Assembly (NCBI GenBank): GCA_028289135.1
Contig: JAQGGW010000004.1
Span: 758-64,757, forward strand
Source of the DNA: Candidatus Saccharimonadota bacterium
GTDB lineage: Bacteria > Patescibacteriota > Saccharimonadia > Saccharimonadales > JACDBH01
Direction of reading: 5' to 3'
Length of the DNA stretch: 64,000 nucleotides
The position numbers were made by a program, and so were the translations under genes. This document shows positions 46,102 through 55,135 of this stretch, piece after piece (position 1 is the stretch's first letter; every line of letters begins with the position of its first letter). The notes under the pieces were generated by a model that had not been told where the DNA came from, made no database searches, and saw nothing but the letters and a program-made list of their open reading frames with translations.

Positions 46102-46107
46102 TAAGAT
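46102..46107 (+). promoter_or_regulatory. -10 box TAAGAT (TGGTAAGAT), 17 nt upstream of the ATG at 46125
   Basis: ATAACGCTTATGGTAAGAT shares a 15-nt block with the promoter at 42428..42446. Confidence 0.4.
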
Positions 46108-46124
46108 TGCTGTAAGTAACTTTA

Positions 46125-48317
46125 ATGAATATCCGTCTCAAAACACTTGGCATCAACACCCTGGCTGTGGCCAGTGTTCTTTTTATTTTGTACCAGGTTT
46201 CGGCACCGCTCATTTTGCATGGTTTTGAAAAAGTAGAGACAAATGACGCCATCCAGAACGTCGGCAGAGCCACCGACGCCATCAACAGCCAGCTTTTTTC
46301 ACTTAGCAGCAAGCTGATCGACTGGGCCAGCTGGGACGATTCGTATAACTTTGCGGCCGACAAAAACAACGAGTTTGTACAAAGTAACTTTGGCGGCAAC
46401 GACACCTACAAAAGCCCCATTTTTGACATGATTTTGTACTTTAATACCAAAGGCAAATTGGTCTATGCAAACGGCAGCAGCAAACCCTCTGCCGAGCTTT
46501 TAGACAAGCTGAGCCCAACAAGCCCGTTGTTAAAGTACGACAATGCAGCAAATATTGATGCCGATGCCGAGGCAGTAAGCGGGATTATCACCACCAAAGA
46601 GGGCATTTTACTCGCCTCCAGCCGGCCAATTTTGCATAACGACGGCTCGGGTCCAACCCACGGGTCAATTATTTTTACTAAATTTTTAACAACCGCATAT
46701 ATTGGCGAGCTGGCCGAAACGGCTCATTTGGATCTTGGTTTTTATCCTGTAAACAGCACAAAACTGCCTCCTGACGCTATAGCTATTGAGTCAAGCCTGA
46801 GCGTCGGCAAAACAATAACAAAAGCCCAAAATAGCACCATCATCAATGGCTACACTTTGCTAGCAGGCCTGGATGGCAAGCCAGCAGTGCTGGTGCGTGT
46901 TAACCTCGACCGCGAAATTTATGATCAGGGACGCGAAAGCCTGCACCTTTTTCTTATCATCCTGCTTGTAGCGGGCGTCTTGTTCCCACTGGTTACCTCT
47001 ATACTGCTCGATGCATTGGTAATTCGTAGAATTGAGCTTCTTACCAAAAACGTTACCAAAATTAATGACCAAAACGGCCTTAAAAACAAGCTAACGTTTA
47101 AGGGGAGTGACGAAGTTGCGCTGCTTGCAACCAGCATTAACCACATGCTCCAGCGTATCGAAGACTCTAACCAGCATGTTCATAGCTTAGTAGGCCAGCT
47201 AAAAATCGAAAAAGAGGGCGTCGAAGACCAGGTCAGGCAACGGACACATCAGTTGGAAGAAGAAAAAACCCGCTTTTTTGCCTCCATCAACAGCCTGCCG
47301 CTGGGCTTTATCCTAACCGACTCGAGCGACCATGTCCTCATGATGAATCCAAGCATTAAAAAGATTTTAAGCTTTAGCTCGGATGATGCAAAAAGTATTG
47401 CAAAAAAGATAGCCGAAAAAGACTCTCTGCTGCTTAAGCTCATGGAACACACCAGCAAAGTTACGGACAGCAAAAAAATATCAACCATCGAGCTATCTAC
47501 CCCAGAAGGCCGGTTCTTGCATGCACTGGCAGCCCCCGTCTTAACGCACGCAGGAACTGTAGACGGAACGGTTATTATTGTTGAGGACGTCACCGAAGCT
47601 AAGATTATGGAACGCTCAAAAGAAGAGTTTTTCTCGATTGCTTCCCACGAACTTAGGACACCGCTTACGGCAATCCGCGGCAATACGTCGCTTATCAAAC
47701 AACTCTACGAAGACCAGCTTAAAGACCCTTCGTTTAACGAAATGGTGGACGATATTCACTCCTCTAGCATGCGCTTGATTTCGATTGTAAATGACTTTTT
47801 GGATGTTAGTAGTTTGGAGCAGGGGAAAATTAAATTTACCGAAAAAGATTTTGATATCAGTACAACCATTGAAGAAGTTATAAAAGAAATGAACGGCATG
47901 GTGACCGAGAAAAAGCTGTACCTTACCTTCGAAAAACCAGCCCAGGCACTTCCGCTGCTTCACGCCGATCCGAACCGTATTAAGCAGGTCATCTACAACC
48001 TCATTGGAAACTCTATTAAGTTTACCGAAACAGGCGGCGTAACGATCAAAACAGAAGTCATGCCAAACAAAATGCTCAAGATTATGCTTATCGACACCGG
48101 CCGCGGTATATCACCAGAAGGGCAGCAGCTGCTGTTTCACAAGTTCCAGCAAACGGGTGAAAGCCTGCAGACGCGTGACACTACCCGCGGGACAGGACTG
48201 GGGCTTTATATATCTAAGCTCATTGTGGAACATTTTGGCGGCCAAATAAAGCTGGACGCAAGCCAAGAGGGCGATGGCCATGGCAGCACGTTTAGCATTA
48301 CGCTACCGCTAGCTTAA
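46125..48317 (+). CDS. sensor histidine kinase with a CHASE4-like extracytoplasmic domain, HAMP, PAS, HisKA and HATPase
   Basis: LIDWASWDDSYNF is CHASE4-like. The H-box is IASHELRTPLT, and the N- and G-boxes are NLIGNSIKFT, DTGRGIS and GTGLGLYI. Confidence 0.88.
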   Translation: MNIRLKTLGINTLAVASVLFILYQVSAPLILHGFEKVETNDAIQNVGRATDAINSQLFSLSSKLIDWASWDDSYNFAADKNNEFVQSNFGGNDTYKSPIFDMILYFNTKGKLVYANGSSKPSAELLDKLSPTSPLLKYDNAANIDADAEAVSGIITTKEGILLASSRPILHNDGSGPTHGSIIFTKFLTTAYIGELAETAHLDLGFYPVNSTKLPPDAIAIESSLSVGKTITKAQNSTIINGYTLLAGLDGKPAVLVRVNLDREIYDQGRESLHLFLIILLVAGVLFPLVTSILLDALVIRRIELLTKNVTKINDQNGLKNKLTFKGSDEVALLATSINHMLQRIEDSNQHVHSLVGQLKIEKEGVEDQVRQRTHQLEEEKTRFFASINSLPLGFILTDSSDHVLMMNPSIKKILSFSSDDAKSIAKKIAEKDSLLLKLMEHTSKVTDSKKISTIELSTPEGRFLHALAAPVLTHAGTVDGTVIIVEDVTEAKIMERSKEEFFSIASHELRTPLTAIRGNTSLIKQLYEDQLKDPSFNEMVDDIHSSSMRLISIVNDFLDVSSLEQGKIKFTEKDFDISTTIEEVIKEMNGMVTEKKLYLTFEKPAQALPLLHADPNRIKQVIYNLIGNSIKFTETGGVTIKTEVMPNKMLKIMLIDTGRGISPEGQQLLFHKFQQTGESLQTRDTTRGTGLGLYISKLIVEHFGGQIKLDASQEGDGHGSTFSITLPLA

Positions 48318-50053
48318 AGTTGCCGGGTTTGCTTTTGCCACAAGGAATAATAACGGCCTTTATTTTTAAGCAGCTGGGCGTGAGTGCCTTCTTCTTCGAT
48401 AGCGCCGTTATGCATGACAATTATTCTATCCAGCCCCGCCACGGTGCTGAGCCTGTGGGCGATAATAACTGCCGTGTGTTTTCCAATAATTTCCGGCAGG
48501 GCCGCTTGGATAATAGATTCGCTTTCACTGTCCAGCGCGCTAGTGGCTTCGTCAAATAGGATCATTGGCGCGTTTTTGAGCACCGCCCGGGCAATAACAA
48601 CGCGTTGTTTTTGGCCACCGCTGAGCTTGACACCGCGTTCACCAACAATTGTGTCGTAACCCTTTGGCAGATCCATAATAAAGCTGTGGGCATAGGCGGC
48701 TTTGGCGGCCTTTTCAATTTCCGCGTGGCTGGCAGCCGAGTTGTGGTAGGCAATGTTTTCTTTTATTGTACGGTGAAATAGCACCGGCTCCTGAGGCACG
48801 TAGGCAATATGGCGGCGCAGGTCGCTTTGCTTAACGTCGCGTATGTCTACGCCATCGATAGCAATCGAACCGGACTCAATATCATCAAAACGCATAAGCA
48901 GGCTAGCGAGCGTGCTTTTGCCGGCGCCGCTAAGGCCAACAACGCCCACATGTTCGCCGGCTGCAATCTCCAGATTCATGTTTTTAAAAATATAGCCTGC
49001 CGAATTATCACCGTACCTAAAACTCATATCTTTTATGCTAACTGCGGCTTGGTTTGGGTTAAAGTCCTGAGCTTCTTCCGAATCAGCGATTGACTCATGG
49101 GTTGGTTCCAGAACCTCCAGCGTCGGCACAAGCTTGCTGACAAGATCGTCGTGCCGCTCGATAAGATCAGGCACATCGCCGAGGTTGCGGTTAATCTGAA
49201 ACAGGTAGGTAATAGTAAGGACAATCAAGCTTACTTTACTGTTGCCTCCATGTCGTGAAGCTTGTAACACAAACCAGAAGCCAAGTCCCATTATGAGCGT
49301 AGTCATAATTATGCGCGGCGAATCAAGCAGGATTGTCACCTTACGGCGTTGCCAAAAAGCATCAGCTTCCTGCTTCTCTAACTTCTCAATACGTGTCAAA
49401 GCGGCTGCTTCTTGCCCAGCAGCTTTGTACGCCACAATGTTAGTAATGTCGTCAGCTACTTCTCCCGCAATTTTTCTGTATAGTTCGTGGGACTTCTCCC
49501 TGTAGTGTTTTGTCTTACTCGAAGCCCATGACATATAAAAAATTTGAAATATAACTAATCCAAACGCCGTTAGTCCGACTTTCCATGACGCAATAGTGAG
49601 TACGAGCGCAGGGATAGTAAGAGATACCGATGCACGCACTATATCAGTACGAAGTAGCCTTAACAGGTCGAGTGAACTATCGACATACTGCTTTAACATA
49701 CTTGTTAAATAGCCAGTATGGCTGTCGCGGTAAAATGACATATCTTTATTTGTAAGTTTTTTGTAATACCTAACCGCATTTGTTTCATAAATGGCATTTT
49801 CACCGCGATGTGAGAGCAGGCCGGTAAGAGTTAGTAACACGTCGGCAAACAGTACCACGCTAACAAATAGTATAATGTCATGTTTAGCTTCCCCGTAGTG
49901 ACCAGCCGCAATATTAGCGGCAAGGTTTGCAAGAATTAAGAGCGAAAATATGCGAGCAATAAGTGTACGGATAATTTCCGCCACAAAAGAAAACCACACC
50001 GTAGGCTTGCGCCCATAAGTGTGCAGCAGGTGTTTATAAGCCTTCCGATTCAT
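48314..50053 (-). CDS. ABC exporter, fused permease/ATPase (MsbA-like)
   Basis: A six-TM N-terminal half, then Walker A GLSGAGKST, signature LSGGQKQR and Walker B ILFDEATS. Confidence 0.9.
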   Translation of the reverse strand: MNRKAYKHLLHTYGRKPTVWFSFVAEIIRTLIARIFSLLILANLAANIAAGHYGEAKHDIILFVSVVLFADVLLTLTGLLSHRGENAIYETNAVRYYKKLTNKDMSFYRDSHTGYLTSMLKQYVDSSLDLLRLLRTDIVRASVSLTIPALVLTIASWKVGLTAFGLVIFQIFYMSWASSKTKHYREKSHELYRKIAGEVADDITNIVAYKAAGQEAAALTRIEKLEKQEADAFWQRRKVTILLDSPRIIMTTLIMGLGFWFVLQASRHGGNSKVSLIVLTITYLFQINRNLGDVPDLIERHDDLVSKLVPTLEVLEPTHESIADSEEAQDFNPNQAAVSIKDMSFRYGDNSAGYIFKNMNLEIAAGEHVGVVGLSGAGKSTLASLLMRFDDIESGSIAIDGVDIRDVKQSDLRRHIAYVPQEPVLFHRTIKENIAYHNSAASHAEIEKAAKAAYAHSFIMDLPKGYDTIVGERGVKLSGGQKQRVVIARAVLKNAPMILFDEATSALDSESESIIQAALPEIIGKHTAVIIAHRLSTVAGLDRIIVMHNGAIEEEGTHAQLLKNKGRYYSLWQKQTRQL

Positions 50054-50147
50054 TACCTATACGATACCATTTCTTTTACTTACTAGAATATACTTTACTA
50101 AAAACCCGCCGATTCTTTATAGCCCGCAGATATCGATGGGTTTCGAA

Positions 50148-50247
50148 CGATAGTGCAGCTTGGGATGAAAGCCAAGCACCGAAGCGGAGGCGTATGGCAT
50201 GATACGGTGAGCATCGGAGCACAGGCTTTCGCCCAAGATGTGCATCG
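50148..50247 (-). repeat. intergenic structured repeat, type 1, copy C (candidate cis-acting RNA element)
   Basis: The closing helix is CGAT / ATCG, extendable imperfectly to 50142..50253. The second helix is CTTGGG..AAAGCC / GGCTTT..CCCAAG. The core is TCACC-GTATcatgccATAC-GCCTC, and the conserved blocks match copies A and B. Confidence 0.72.
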
Positions 50248-50265
50248 TGCGGAAGCCTCTCACAT

Positions 50266-50296
50266 AAAAAAGCCCGCTCTCTCAAGCGGGCTTTTT
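50266..50296 (-). terminator. intrinsic terminator downstream of the Asn-rich protein gene (bidirectional-capable)
   Basis: AAAAAAGCCCGC tctctcaa GCGGGCTTTTT, a perfect 7-bp GC-rich stem flanked by A and T runs. Confidence 0.7.
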
Positions 50297-50309
50297 CAGT
50301 AACCGTCAA

Positions 50310-51302
50310 TTAGTTGTTGATGACAGTAGTGTTGCTGTCGCCATTGTTGTTGCCAGCACCGCCTGATGCGCCTGCACCAGCAGTTGTGTTGCCAGAAACA
50401 TTGCTGTTTCCGCTAGTAGAAGTCTGACGAGTGAATGAGATGTTTCCAACGTTGTTGTTGTTCTGAACGTTAGTGTTGTTGTTTGAAACAATCGTTGCGT
50501 TTACAGGTGAGCTTGGGCCCTGTGTAGAGATGTTGGTAGTCTGACCAGCACCTGCGCCGCTGCCGCCGTGGACGCCTGGATCGCCAGCACCGCCGTTGTT
50601 AATACCAACGCTTGAACCAGTACCGTTGTTGTTACCAGCACCGCCTGAACCTGTGCCGCCAGCTGCTGTAGTGTTGCCAGAAGTGTTTACATTGCCGGTC
50701 TTTGAACCTTGGCCGGTAGTGTTAAGGCCAAGAACGTTGTTGTTGTTTGACTTGTTCTTGTTAGTGTTGTCGGACAATACAAGACCTACGCCTGAGTTTG
50801 GACCTTGTGTGCCGACATTTGTGCTGCCAACCATGTCCATTGGACCACAACCGTTGCCGTTATTAATAGCTACAGAAGTGTTGGTGCTATTGTTGTTGGT
50901 TGCGTTGCCGCTTGATGCGCCGCCCATTTTGCCCCAGCTAGACTGGATGTCGCCCATGTGAGCGCTAAAAGCTGCTGCCCATTCGCTATAAGTATGGCCT
51001 TGTGCTGCCCAAACACTTGGGTCCCAAGCGCCCCACGCGCCACCGCCGATGCCAGCAGTTGTATTACCAGAAACGTTGACGTTTCCAGTAGATGCGCTTT
51101 GATTGGTATTATTTACAGATGTAACATTGTTGTTGTTCTGAACGCTGCAGTTGTTGTTGGTCGACTCACTGATAGAGATTGGTGAGCTTGGACCCTGTGT
51201 TGACGCATTAACTCCTGCAAAGGCCATGCCTGTTGAACCAGTGAATAATGCAGTAATTGCTGCGACTGCGACTGTTGCTCCGCGTGGGAATAACTTCTTC
51301 AT
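50310..51302 (-). CDS. secreted Asn/Gly/Ser/Thr-rich protein with three internal repeats
   Basis: The signal peptide is MKKLFPRGATVAVAAITALFTGSTGMAFA. The repeat TQGP(S/N)S...NNNNV...TGN(V/S)N(V/T)SGNTTA(G/A)G occurs three times. Confidence 0.75.
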   Translation of the reverse strand: MKKLFPRGATVAVAAITALFTGSTGMAFAGVNASTQGPSSPISISESTNNNCSVQNNNNVTSVNNTNQSASTGNVNVSGNTTAGIGGGAWGAWDPSVWAAQGHTYSEWAAAFSAHMGDIQSSWGKMGGASSGNATNNNSTNTSVAINNGNGCGPMDMVGSTNVGTQGPNSGVGLVLSDNTNKNKSNNNNVLGLNTTGQGSKTGNVNTSGNTTAAGGTGSGGAGNNNGTGSSVGINNGGAGDPGVHGGSGAGAGQTTNISTQGPSSPVNATIVSNNNTNVQNNNNVGNISFTRQTSTSGNSNVSGNTTAGAGASGGAGNNNGDSNTTVINN

Positions 51303-51461
51303 ATGAACCCTCCTGTTAATAGATACTTGTTCCCATAGACTAGTTTGTTTACTTAGTGAATTCTGTAAGAAATATTACACAATCAACTAGAGAATTCTCC
51401 AAATCGCTCATGCTTAATTGTAAATCGCATTAAAAACCGCCATAATACAACTTAAGTTCTT

Positions 51462-52766
51462 ATGCTATACATGTTTATAATTGCTGGGGTATTTACTGGG
51501 GTGGCTGTCGCTACTGTATTAATCTTGTCTAAAAAGAAGCATCAAAAAGGCGGTTCAAAGGGAACCGATCACGCGCTGGCGGCCAACTTACAGGACGAAA
51601 AAGTAAAATCCGAGATTATCTTAAATTCGATTGAAGACGGCGTTTTCTTGATCGACGAGCAGCGCGCTATCCAGCTTTTTAATCCGGCAGCAGGCGTAAT
51701 AACCGGTTGGGACCCTAAGCAAACGCTCGGCATCGACTACAAATCAGTCTTAAAATTTATAAATGAAAAGGGCGAACCCTACGCGCCTGAAAAAGACCCG
51801 GTTAACATTGCTCTGACAGAAAAGCGCACCGTAAAAGACAACCAGGCCAGCCTTGCCACCCAGGCCAAAAAAGTATTGTCGCTTGCCATTACGGTTTCGC
51901 CTCTGTTAGATGCCGAGAAAAACGTCCGCGGCGCAGTGGGAATTTTCCGTGATGTTTCCCAGGAGCGCCAAGAGGGTCAAAAACGTGCCGAATTTGTCAG
52001 CACCGCCAGCCACGAAATGCGCACCCCCGTTGCCGCAATTGAAGGCTACTTAGCACTGGCCTTAAACGATAAAGTAAGCACCATCGACAGCAAAGCCCGC
52101 GACTTCTTGGAAAAAGCCCACGAAAGCACCCAGCACCTTGGACAACTGTTCCAGGACCTGCTTACCAGCGCCAAAGCCGAAGATGGCCGTCTTACTAACC
52201 ATCCTGTCGTCGTAGAGCTCAGTAGTATGCTAGAAAGCCTAACAGACGGGCTAAAGTTCGCCGCTCAGAAAAAAGCACTTTCGGTTGAGTTTGTTTTAGG
52301 CGCTCCCAACAGTGTGATCGATGCTAGCGGCGGCAATGTTGTGAAGCCTCTATATTATGTCCAGGTTGACCCCGACCGCATCCGCGAAGTCATTACCAAC
52401 CTTTTTGATAACGCTGTTAAATATACCGACGCTGGCAAAGTAACCATTGGCCTGACTGGTGACACCAACGTTGTCCAGCTTCGCATCAGCGACACTGGAC
52501 ATGGCATTGCGGCCGAAGACACCCAGCACTTATTTGAAAAATTTTACCGCGTTGACAACAGCAACACCCGCACGGTGGGCGGAACGGGATTAGGGCTGTT
52601 TATTTGCCGCAAGATTGTTGAGCTTTATAATGGCCGGATCTGGGTCGACAGCGTTGTCGACAAGGGAAGTACGTTTTATATCAACCTGCCGCGCCTAAGT
52701 TCTGACAGGGCACAGACACTGATGCATGAAGAAAGCTCACAAACTTCAGCATTGGGAAGCAAATGA
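51462..52766 (+). CDS. sensor histidine kinase (TM, PAS, HisKA, HATPase)
   Basis: H-box TASHEMRTPVAAI, N-box DNAVKYT, and G-boxes DTGHGIA and GTGLGLFI. Confidence 0.9.
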   Translation: MLYMFIIAGVFTGVAVATVLILSKKKHQKGGSKGTDHALAANLQDEKVKSEIILNSIEDGVFLIDEQRAIQLFNPAAGVITGWDPKQTLGIDYKSVLKFINEKGEPYAPEKDPVNIALTEKRTVKDNQASLATQAKKVLSLAITVSPLLDAEKNVRGAVGIFRDVSQERQEGQKRAEFVSTASHEMRTPVAAIEGYLALALNDKVSTIDSKARDFLEKAHESTQHLGQLFQDLLTSAKAEDGRLTNHPVVVELSSMLESLTDGLKFAAQKKALSVEFVLGAPNSVIDASGGNVVKPLYYVQVDPDRIREVITNLFDNAVKYTDAGKVTIGLTGDTNVVQLRISDTGHGIAAEDTQHLFEKFYRVDNSNTRTVGGTGLGLFICRKIVELYNGRIWVDSVVDKGSTFYINLPRLSSDRAQTLMHEESSQTSALGSK

Positions 52767-52836
52767 TATGAGACGGAGTTCGTGATACAATGACCATATT
52801 GAAGCATAAACGTATAAGCAGGAGAGGGTAGCCGCA

Positions 52837-53745
52837 ATGTCAAAAATTATGCTCGTCGAGGACGACAACAATTTACGAGAAATTTACGAAGCCCGTTTGC
52901 TGGCTGAAGGCTATGAGATCGTATCCGCGCATGACGGTGAAGAGGCCTTGGCGCTTGCTGTTAAAGAAAAGCCAGACTTGATTATTTCTGATGTTATGAT
53001 GCCAAAAATCAGTGGTTTTGATATGCTCGACATTCTCCGTTCTACCCCCGAGACACGCGACACCAAAGTTATTATGATGACAGCCTTAAGCCAAGCCGAA
53101 GACAAGGCACGGGCAGAAAAGCTTGGCGCAGACCGATACCTCGTTAAATCACAGGTGACACTTGAAGACGTTGTTAAGATTGCCCGCGAAGTAATGGATG
53201 GCTCAGGCGCAGCCGGAGCGGCACCAGCAGCCCCAGCCGTTGACGATACTGCCGCAGCCAGCCCAGCACAAGACCCAGTTGCTGCAGATCCCGTAGCTGC
53301 CCCTGTCGTTGCAGCCCCAGTTGTGGCTCCGCCAAGCGATCCCGTTGCCGCGCCAGCTCCAGACGAACCAATTACCGTCACCTCTACGCTTGGCAGTGTC
53401 ACGAGCGCACAAAGCTCATCAGACGAGCAGTCCCAAGTCACCGACCAAGTAAACAGTTTTGTTAGCCAAAATCCTGGCACCGACATTACGCCTTCTACAA
53501 CTGCGCCAATTGCCACTGCAACCGAACCGAACGCTCCACCGGCTGCAGAAGCAACCCCAGCAGCAGAACCACTCGCTGGCGGAGTGAATGGCAAAAAAGT
53601 TCTCCAGCCACTGAGCGATCCAGCAGCCAAGCCAGATCTAAACGAACTCCTTGCCAAAGAAGAAGCCAAAGCCGCTGGAACCGCAAGCCCCGCAGCTGCA
53701 CCAGCACAGGCACCGGCTGAAGATCCAAACCTAATCTCCCTCTAG
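52837..53745 (+). CDS. response regulator: receiver domain fused to a Pro/Ala-rich low-complexity tail of about 180 aa
   Basis: The first 120 aa or so form a canonical receiver (MLVEDD...DLIISDVMMPKISG...K). The remainder is AAPAAPAVDDTAAASPAQDPVAADPVAAPVVAAPVVAPP... with no recognisable output domain. Confidence 0.85.
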   Translation: MSKIMLVEDDNNLREIYEARLLAEGYEIVSAHDGEEALALAVKEKPDLIISDVMMPKISGFDMLDILRSTPETRDTKVIMMTALSQAEDKARAEKLGADRYLVKSQVTLEDVVKIAREVMDGSGAAGAAPAAPAVDDTAAASPAQDPVAADPVAAPVVAAPVVAPPSDPVAAPAPDEPITVTSTLGSVTSAQSSSDEQSQVTDQVNSFVSQNPGTDITPSTTAPIATATEPNAPPAAEATPAAEPLAGGVNGKKVLQPLSDPAAKPDLNELLAKEEAKAAGTASPAAAPAQAPAEDPNLISL

Positions 53746-53758
53746 GTAAACATTAAAT

Positions 53759-54472
53759 ATGCGTATAAACCGCTACATTGCCCAGGCGACAGGTATTTCA
53801 CGCCGTGCCGCCGACAAGCTCGTCCAGGGCAATAAGGTGTTTATTAATGACATTATGGCCCAGCTAAGTGACCATGCCACCTCCATTGATAAGGTTGTTG
53901 TCGACAAAAAGCGTATTTTTTTGCCCGCCGAAGCTACCACAATTATTCTTAATAAACCAGTGGGCTATGTGTGCTCACGGGACGGGCAGGGCAGCAAAAC
54001 CGTCTATGAACTACTACCAGATGAGTTTAAGGCTCTCAAGCCCGTGGGCAGGCTCGACAAAGACTCCAGCGGCCTATTGGTCATGACCGATGACGGCCAG
54101 CTGGCGCACGAGCTGACGCATCCAAAGTTTGTTAAAGATAAGATATACATTGTGCACCTGGCGCATCCTTTGAAAGGCCTGGACTTTGACGCAATCACCA
54201 AAAAGGGTGTCGACATTGGTGATAAGATTCTCAGCAAATTCCGGCTTGAAGTAAAAGATGAAAGCCACATGGCAGGCAAAAGCCATTCCATCCACGACTC
54301 ATGCTTCGCCGAAAACAACAAAGACTGGATCGTAACCCTTCACGAAGGCCGCAACCGCCAGATCCGCCGCACCTTCAGCGCCCTTGGCTACACCGTAAAA
54401 ACCCTCCACCGCATCACATTTGGCGACTATAAGCTACTAAACATAAGAACTGGACAATACGAAAAGGCTTAG
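53759..54472 (+). CDS. 16S/23S rRNA pseudouridine synthase (RsuA/RluB family) with an S4 domain
   Basis: MRINRYIAQATGISRRAADKLV is an S4 domain, and GRLDKDSSGLLVMTDDG is the catalytic Asp motif. Confidence 0.85.
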   Translation: MRINRYIAQATGISRRAADKLVQGNKVFINDIMAQLSDHATSIDKVVVDKKRIFLPAEATTIILNKPVGYVCSRDGQGSKTVYELLPDEFKALKPVGRLDKDSSGLLVMTDDGQLAHELTHPKFVKDKIYIVHLAHPLKGLDFDAITKKGVDIGDKILSKFRLEVKDESHMAGKSHSIHDSCFAENNKDWIVTLHEGRNRQIRRTFSALGYTVKTLHRITFGDYKLLNIRTGQYEKA

Positions 54473-55071
54473 GCGTTTAAAATTGTATTTGGCGTAGGTA
54501 ACGGTTCGATTGTTGTATCCGGTGCTTGGCCATATGCATTAGGCTCCCATACAAGTGGTGAACCTGGACAATCAAATTTTTCACCGGCTGCAGGCATTTT
54601 ACAGTCTTCCCAGTTAGGTATTACAAGATACGCAGGGGCTGAACGATCTGGTGCTGGCGAATAAAGTCCAGTGTTTGGATCCTTGCTATCTGATACTTCT
54701 CCGCACCATGCTTCTGGGTTTCCGTCACCGTTAATGTCATATGCATATACTGGCTTTTTCGAAAGATCTCCAACTACAATATAGGTAATATGCGAACCGT
54801 TACGACCTAGTATATCCGCTTGAACAAGGCTTCCTTGAGGAAGTTTCTCACCACCTTCCGGACAGTCTTCAACAAGTACAGGCTGGTTTGCATACGAACG
54901 ACTTAAGGCTACATCTAATTCGGTACTCTCAACGCTTCTTCTACTTTCTACTGTTTTGACACCCGACTCTTTGCTAGCATAACTACCACTAATTGCCAGC
55001 GCTGCAATTGCTACAGGACCTGCAACATATTTGAAGACTTCTGACATTAAACTTGCGCGTGATTTATTCAT
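54469..55071 (-). CDS. hypothetical secreted Cys-containing protein (200 aa)
   Basis: An N-terminal anchor or signal (YVAGPVAIAALAISGS). No motif recognised. Confidence 0.5.
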   Translation of the reverse strand: MNKSRASLMSEVFKYVAGPVAIAALAISGSYASKESGVKTVESRRSVESTELDVALSRSYANQPVLVEDCPEGGEKLPQGSLVQADILGRNGSHITYIVVGDLSKKPVYAYDINGDGNPEAWCGEVSDSKDPNTGLYSPAPDRSAPAYLVIPNWEDCKMPAAGEKFDCPGSPLVWEPNAYGQAPDTTIEPLPTPNTILNA

Positions 55072-55120
55072 GATAAAAGTCTAACATAATATTGCTCTTT
55101 CGTCAATATGACTTATCTGT

Positions 55121-55126
55121 TATAAT
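55121..55126 (+). promoter_or_regulatory. -10 box TATAAT (TGTTATAAT), 9 nt upstream of the der ATG
   Basis: CTGTTATAATggacacaacATG. Confidence 0.45.
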
Positions 55127-55135
55127 GGACACAAC

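Noticed and set aside
50310-51302. Nucleotide-level repetitiveness (GTTGTTGTT... runs) as a possible CRISPR array or satellite.
   Set aside because: The repeats are in-frame Asn/Gly codon runs of a signal-peptide-bearing ORF. There is no regular repeat-spacer periodicity and there are no cas genes.
52911-53669. A 252-aa ORF on the minus strand (and nested shorter ones).
   Set aside because: It is antisense to the response regulator and its GC-rich Pro/Ala tail. The low-complexity Ala/Gly/Ser translation comes from the repetitive GCn/CCn codons on the sense strand.
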